A stretch of DNA of 64,000 bases from Ascoidea asiatica JCM 7603 (taxonomy: Eukaryota; Fungi; Ascomycota), in NCBI GenBank assembly GCA_001600695.1, contig BCKQ01000021.1, positions 38,031 through 102,030 of the forward strand. The letters run 5' to 3'. The notes under the pieces were generated by a model. It saw only the letters and a program-made list of their open reading frames with translations. It was not told where the DNA came from and searched no databases. The number at the start of each line of letters is the position of its first letter. Positions within the stretch are counted from its first letter, which is position 1. Positions 59,401-64,000 of this stretch are shown one piece after another. Position numbers and translations under genes: made by a program.

Positions 59401-62400
59401 AAGCATCCAATATTGATGCCTTTCTTCACTTGAGGAACCATTAGAAGATCCTGAAGCAGAGGAATTATCACCGTAAAATGATTGGCTGCTGTTCCCTAAA
59501 CTTTTGATATCATCTTTAATTGAATCTTGATCTTGCTTAGTAGAATCTTTATCACTTAAATTGCTTTCAAATTTGTTCCTTCTTATCATAAAAGTTATAT
59601 TGTCAAATCTATAGCATACTCTTCTTAAAGAACCATCAATCATATCAAACGGAATCAAATTATTGAAAGGCAACAATTTCATTAGTCTAGCATCCATAAA
59701 AATTGATCTAGAACCAAGATTCAAGGAAATATCTGAAAAATTAACATTTATAACATTAATCCAATCTGGTAAATTATTAAAATAGATAGGATTTGTTGAT
59801 TTAACTTTCGGTATAAAATCACGTTCAATCTTAGAATTCTTTAAAAATTCCAAATAATATTTATTTGAAGATAAAAAAACATTCTCAAATATCTTTGAAA
59901 TACCAGTTAAGATTAATAAATTTGAGAAATCAAGATTTAATGTTTGAATGGAGAATTCACTTGTGAGATCAAAATCAGATAAATTTCTAATCTTGGATTT
60001 TAACACAATAAAATCAGAATATAATATATCATCAAGATTATCAAAAGAATCTGAATTTAAAATAGATGATGTAGCACTTATAGAAGATCTTAGAGAAAAG
60101 TTTTCATCACTATCAATAGGACTAAGCAATTCATCTTTTTTATGTACAGTTGATTTTGACTTTTTATGATTTATATGGAAGAAGTTGAACAAAGAGGGAT
60201 TATCTAATTCAGATTGTTTATAAGAAAGATGAATACCAGATAATTCAATTCTATCAAAAATGGATAATAATAATGTTTTTGACATATTTATTGAATTTCT
60301 TTCAAAAACTTTTGAATATATTCTTTTTGATTCTATCTCCAAACTAATCAAGTTGAAACTTAATAAAAGGATTCTTAATAAATTATCATCATTAAATGAA
60401 AAATTCTTTAAAATTATTGAAGGATCTTCAATTGTTAACTTGACATAAAATAATGGATATAAGGAACAAAGAGAATCTGATATAATTTCATTTCTCAGAT
60501 CACTAATACGATTTTTTAATTTTATCTTTGAGCAAATTTTTTCATCAGCACATGAAAAATTTACTAATTCTTTTATATTTTCTCTACTTTCTTTAATAAC
60601 CTTAATCATAATTCCATTGAAAAAAACTTTTAATTGATTAAAATTTAAAATTAATAAACCTAAATGAGTTGCATTTATATCGAAAATTGGTGAAGAAAAA
60701 TGACTAACAATTCTAGTTAAAGCTTTTGATAAATCATATTTATCAAAATTTGGATCTAAATTATCATTATCAATATCTGAATTTAAATTTAAATTATAAT
60801 AATAATCAAATAATTTCAAAGCTTGAGAAATTAAATTTGATTTTGCTGAAAATGTTATATTTGGAATTTGAAAAATTTCAAGTATTGATAAATTTTTATT
60901 TGTATTTTTTTTTAAAAAATCAATTTTTGAATTAATTGTTGAATTATCAATAACTAAATAAATTGAGAAATCTAAGATTGAACTTATTAATTGATGAGGT
61001 TGATCATCAATTTTAAAAATTAATCCATAACCTGGAGATTGATAACTTAATTTATTAAAATTTAAATTAAGTTCTTTAAATTTTATTTGAAAAGAGAATT
61101 TTTTTAATAAATTTGAATAATTCATAAATGAATCATCTAAATTATGATCATAATCATCATCATTATCAGAATCAGAATCATCAGTTTTTTTAAAATTATT
61201 ATTATTATTATTTTTAGATAAATTTATATGATTTTTAATATTATTAAAATTTTTATTATTATAAATACCATTTGTAAAACAAATAATTTCATTAAAAGTA
61301 TCTAAAATATTTAAAATATTAATTTTTTTATTTTTATTTTTTGAATTTGAATTTAATAAAGGATTTATTAAAAAAAAAAAAAAATTTAATTCAGAAATAT
61401 TAATATTTTGTAAAGAGATTGAAAAATCATTTAATAAAGATAAAAAATTATTAAAAAAAGTTAATCTTTTTTTAATTATTAAATTAATTAAATTAAAATT
61501 TTTAGACATTAAATTTAATTGATTTGATTTTTCTAAATTTTTTAAATGTTCAAAAGTATTTTTAATTTTATTTTTAACTTCTTTTTGAATTGATGGAATT
61601 AATGGAGTTTCTTTAGTATATTTTGAAGAATGTTTTGGAGAATTTATTGAAGAGTTTATTGGAGAGTTTATTTGAGAATTTATTGGAGAATTTTGTTGAG
61701 AATTTTGTTGAGAAATTTCTTGAGAATCTTCAGTAGTTATTATTATTGGTTTATTTAAATTTGGATTTAATTTACAAACATCTACATGATCTAAATTTTT
61801 ATTATGTTCATTGTTTTTTTCATTATTATCAGTATTATCAGTATCAGATAAATTTTGAGTTGATTTAATTGAAGAATCTACTTTAGAATCTATTTTAGAA
61901 TCTACTTTAGAATCTATTTTAGAATCTACTTTGGAATCTTTAATATCATTATTATTATTTTGATTGATTGAATTGATTGAATTAATTGAATTAATAAGAG
62001 ATATATGATTATTTTGATTATTAAAAAAGAATTGAAATAAATTTGAAAAATTATATAAAATTGGAAAATTAAAACCAGATAATAATAAATTTGAATCAAT
62101 TTTTTTTAAATAAATTTGATTTGAATTTGAGATTATGAAATTTGTAGTTAAACTTATTAATAAACTATTTAATATATTATTATTATTATTATTAATATTA
62201 ATATTTCTGAGATCAATTGATTTATTATTATAAATTATGGATAAATTATTTAATAAGAATACAGGATTAAAGAATAAAATATGATTAATTGAGGAATTAT
62301 TATTTAATAAGTTTAAATTTAAAGATAATTTTAAATGATTTAAAGAAATAAATAAAGATTTTTTATTATTATTATTATTATTATTTAAATTAATTAAATT

Positions 62401-63040
62401 TATATTTAAATTATTTAAAATAAATTGAAAACTTTTAAAATTTAAAAATTTTGAAATTTTTAAAATTAAATTTAAATTTTTTTTATTTTTAAAAATATTT
62501 GAATTTTTTAATTTATTATTTATATGATCATTTATATTTTCACTTATATTTGAATCAATATTTGAATCAATATTCGAGTTTGAATTACTATTATTATTAT
62601 CAGATAATAGGAAATTAATTAAGATATTATAATAATTTTTAGATAAATTGATATCTATATCTGATATTATTATTGAAAAATGTTTTATTGGAGATTTATT
62701 TAAATTCAAATTTTGATTGTCATCTTGATTGTTATCTTGATTGTTATCTTGATTGTTATCTTGATTTGTATCTTGATTTGTATCTTGATTTGTATCTTGA
62801 TTTGTATTTTGATTTTTATTATTTATAATTGATTTTTTTAAATTTTTGCTATAAGATAATAATAATAAAAGACAATGAAATTGAATAAAGATGTAATTGA
62901 TATTAATAAAGTTTTCCTTATTTTTATTTTCATTTTCAATATTATTTTCAATATTATTTTCAATATTATTATTAATATTATTATTAATTAAATTTCTTAA
63001 AATTTTAATTTTTTTAAAAAAAGTTAAATTTTTATTATTA

Positions 63041-63072
<32 letters not shown>

Positions 63073-63276
63073 TTGAATTGAATTTTTGATAATATTTAAA
63101 TTTAAAATATTTAATTTTAAATTTTTTATAATTATTGAAGATGGAAAAGAATAATAAATAAAACAATTTAAGAAATAGTAAGAAATTAAATTAATTATTA
63201 ATAAAATTAATAAATAAATAAATAAAAATTCAATAATGAAATTATAAATTGGATTTAATAAAATTAATAAAAACAT
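53473..63276 (-). CDS. FMP27: Bridge-like lipid transfer protein, Fmp27/Ypr117w (Hob1/Hob2, BLTP2) family
   Basis: N-terminal TM helix, EDDPFESEL, SKSWIKRI, HLRDYPLP, KPPLDPSEKIGFWDKLR, YNGFRSHFIHMS, SWPPWLG and a C-terminal Apt1-like region. FMP27 versus YPR117W is not resolved. Confidence 0.88.
61872..61938 (-). repeat. Coding 12-bp tandem repeat (DSKV/DSKI)
   Basis: AGAATCTACTTT / AGAATCTATTTT units alternating on the + strand. Confidence 0.85.
62713..62815 (-). repeat. Coding 12-bp tandem repeat (NQDT/NQDN)
   Basis: TTGATTGTTATC and TTGATTTGTATC units, about 8 copies. Confidence 0.85.
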
Positions 63277-63767
63277 ATTATATATTAATCATTATTTTTT
63301 GAAATGGAATTGAACAGAGATTAGATAAATTATAGCAAATTGAAGATAAATTAAAGAATTGAAGAGAATAATTAGGAATTAAGAAATAAAGCAATAAGAA
63401 GATATAATAATTCTTTATTTAAGAAGCAATTGAATATATTGATGAATGATAATGTATAAATTATGAATTGGGTTAATTATTTGAGATTTGAATAGAATAT
63501 TAAAGATATTTAGACCTATATTTTTATTATTGTTATTAATATAATAATATATTTGGTGATTTGACTTTATCGAGGTGATCCTAAATAAAGAGTGAATGAA
63601 TGAATAATGCAATAACGTAAGCAGTACTCAAGCACTACAATAGCAATAGCAATAACAAGTTCATTTGTTTGTTCATTTGTTTGTTCATTTGTTTGTTTGT
63701 AAGGCGACTGCTTCAGAGAAAGCCACGCGGCGGACCGAGACCGAAGAACCAAAAGGAAAATCCGGGC

Positions 63768-63822
63768 ACGGAGAATACGGAAAAGGACGGAAGTGACGGA
63801 AGTAACGGGAGTAACGGGTATA
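63768..63822. repeat. 9-bp-period ACGG array upstream of FMP27
   Basis: ACGG at 63768, 63777, 63787, 63796, 63805 and 63814. Confidence 0.8.
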
Positions 63823-64000
63823 AAGGAGTACTCCGCAAACCCCCTACTGGTCATGTGTTTGGTTTGTAGACCCCCTGGTAGACCTTTTTTTATAATTCAC
63901 CTGTGTAAATAGTGTATGTATATTATATTATTATATAAAATTAAAATTTGAAATATTTTTATTATCTCGAATATAAACAATCAGATCAAAGATAATTAAA

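Overview
Very AT-rich, gene-dense budding-yeast (Saccharomycotina) nuclear DNA with Asn-rich proteins and yeast-type spliceosomal introns (GTATGT/GTAAGT...TACTAAC...YAG). The composition and the context of the rare CTG codons suggest an Ascoidea/Saccharomycopsis-like, possibly CUG-Ser, lineage (inference, not verified). I support 25 protein-coding genes: ALD2/3-like (copy 1), PNC1, MCX1, MRX21/YPR011C-like carrier, ALD2/3-like (copy 2), TPO4-like (a), HNT3, TPO4-like (b), TRE1/2, RIO1, Prx5-type peroxiredoxin, MSC3-like, RPL32, RLP24, MOB2, RKI1, FRS2, ROX3, RUP1, ENP1, ARO4, YMR209C-like methyltransferase, CDC31, RPT4 and FMP27/Hob-family, plus one orphan ORF. Gene names come from my recall of S. 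cerevisiae homologs, not from a database search. The standout structure is a ~1.53 kb apparently identical inverted repeat made of two convergent ALD genes with unrelated promoters. It brackets a 5.6 kb three-gene cassette (PNC1-MCX1-MRX21) that could flip. Next to it is a second, older inverted paralog pair (TPO4a/TPO4b around HNT3). Other points of interest: an Mcx1/ClpX that keeps the ClpP-docking IGF loop, three intron-containing genes missed or truncated by the ORF track (RPL32, RLP24, RUP1), a weak second RUP1 intron that could yield a UBA-only microprotein, a steep GC gradient along FMP27, and GC-rich promoter islands with recognisable Cbf1, Gcn4, Rpn4 and Yap motifs. No tRNA, rRNA, transposon or CRISPR features were found.
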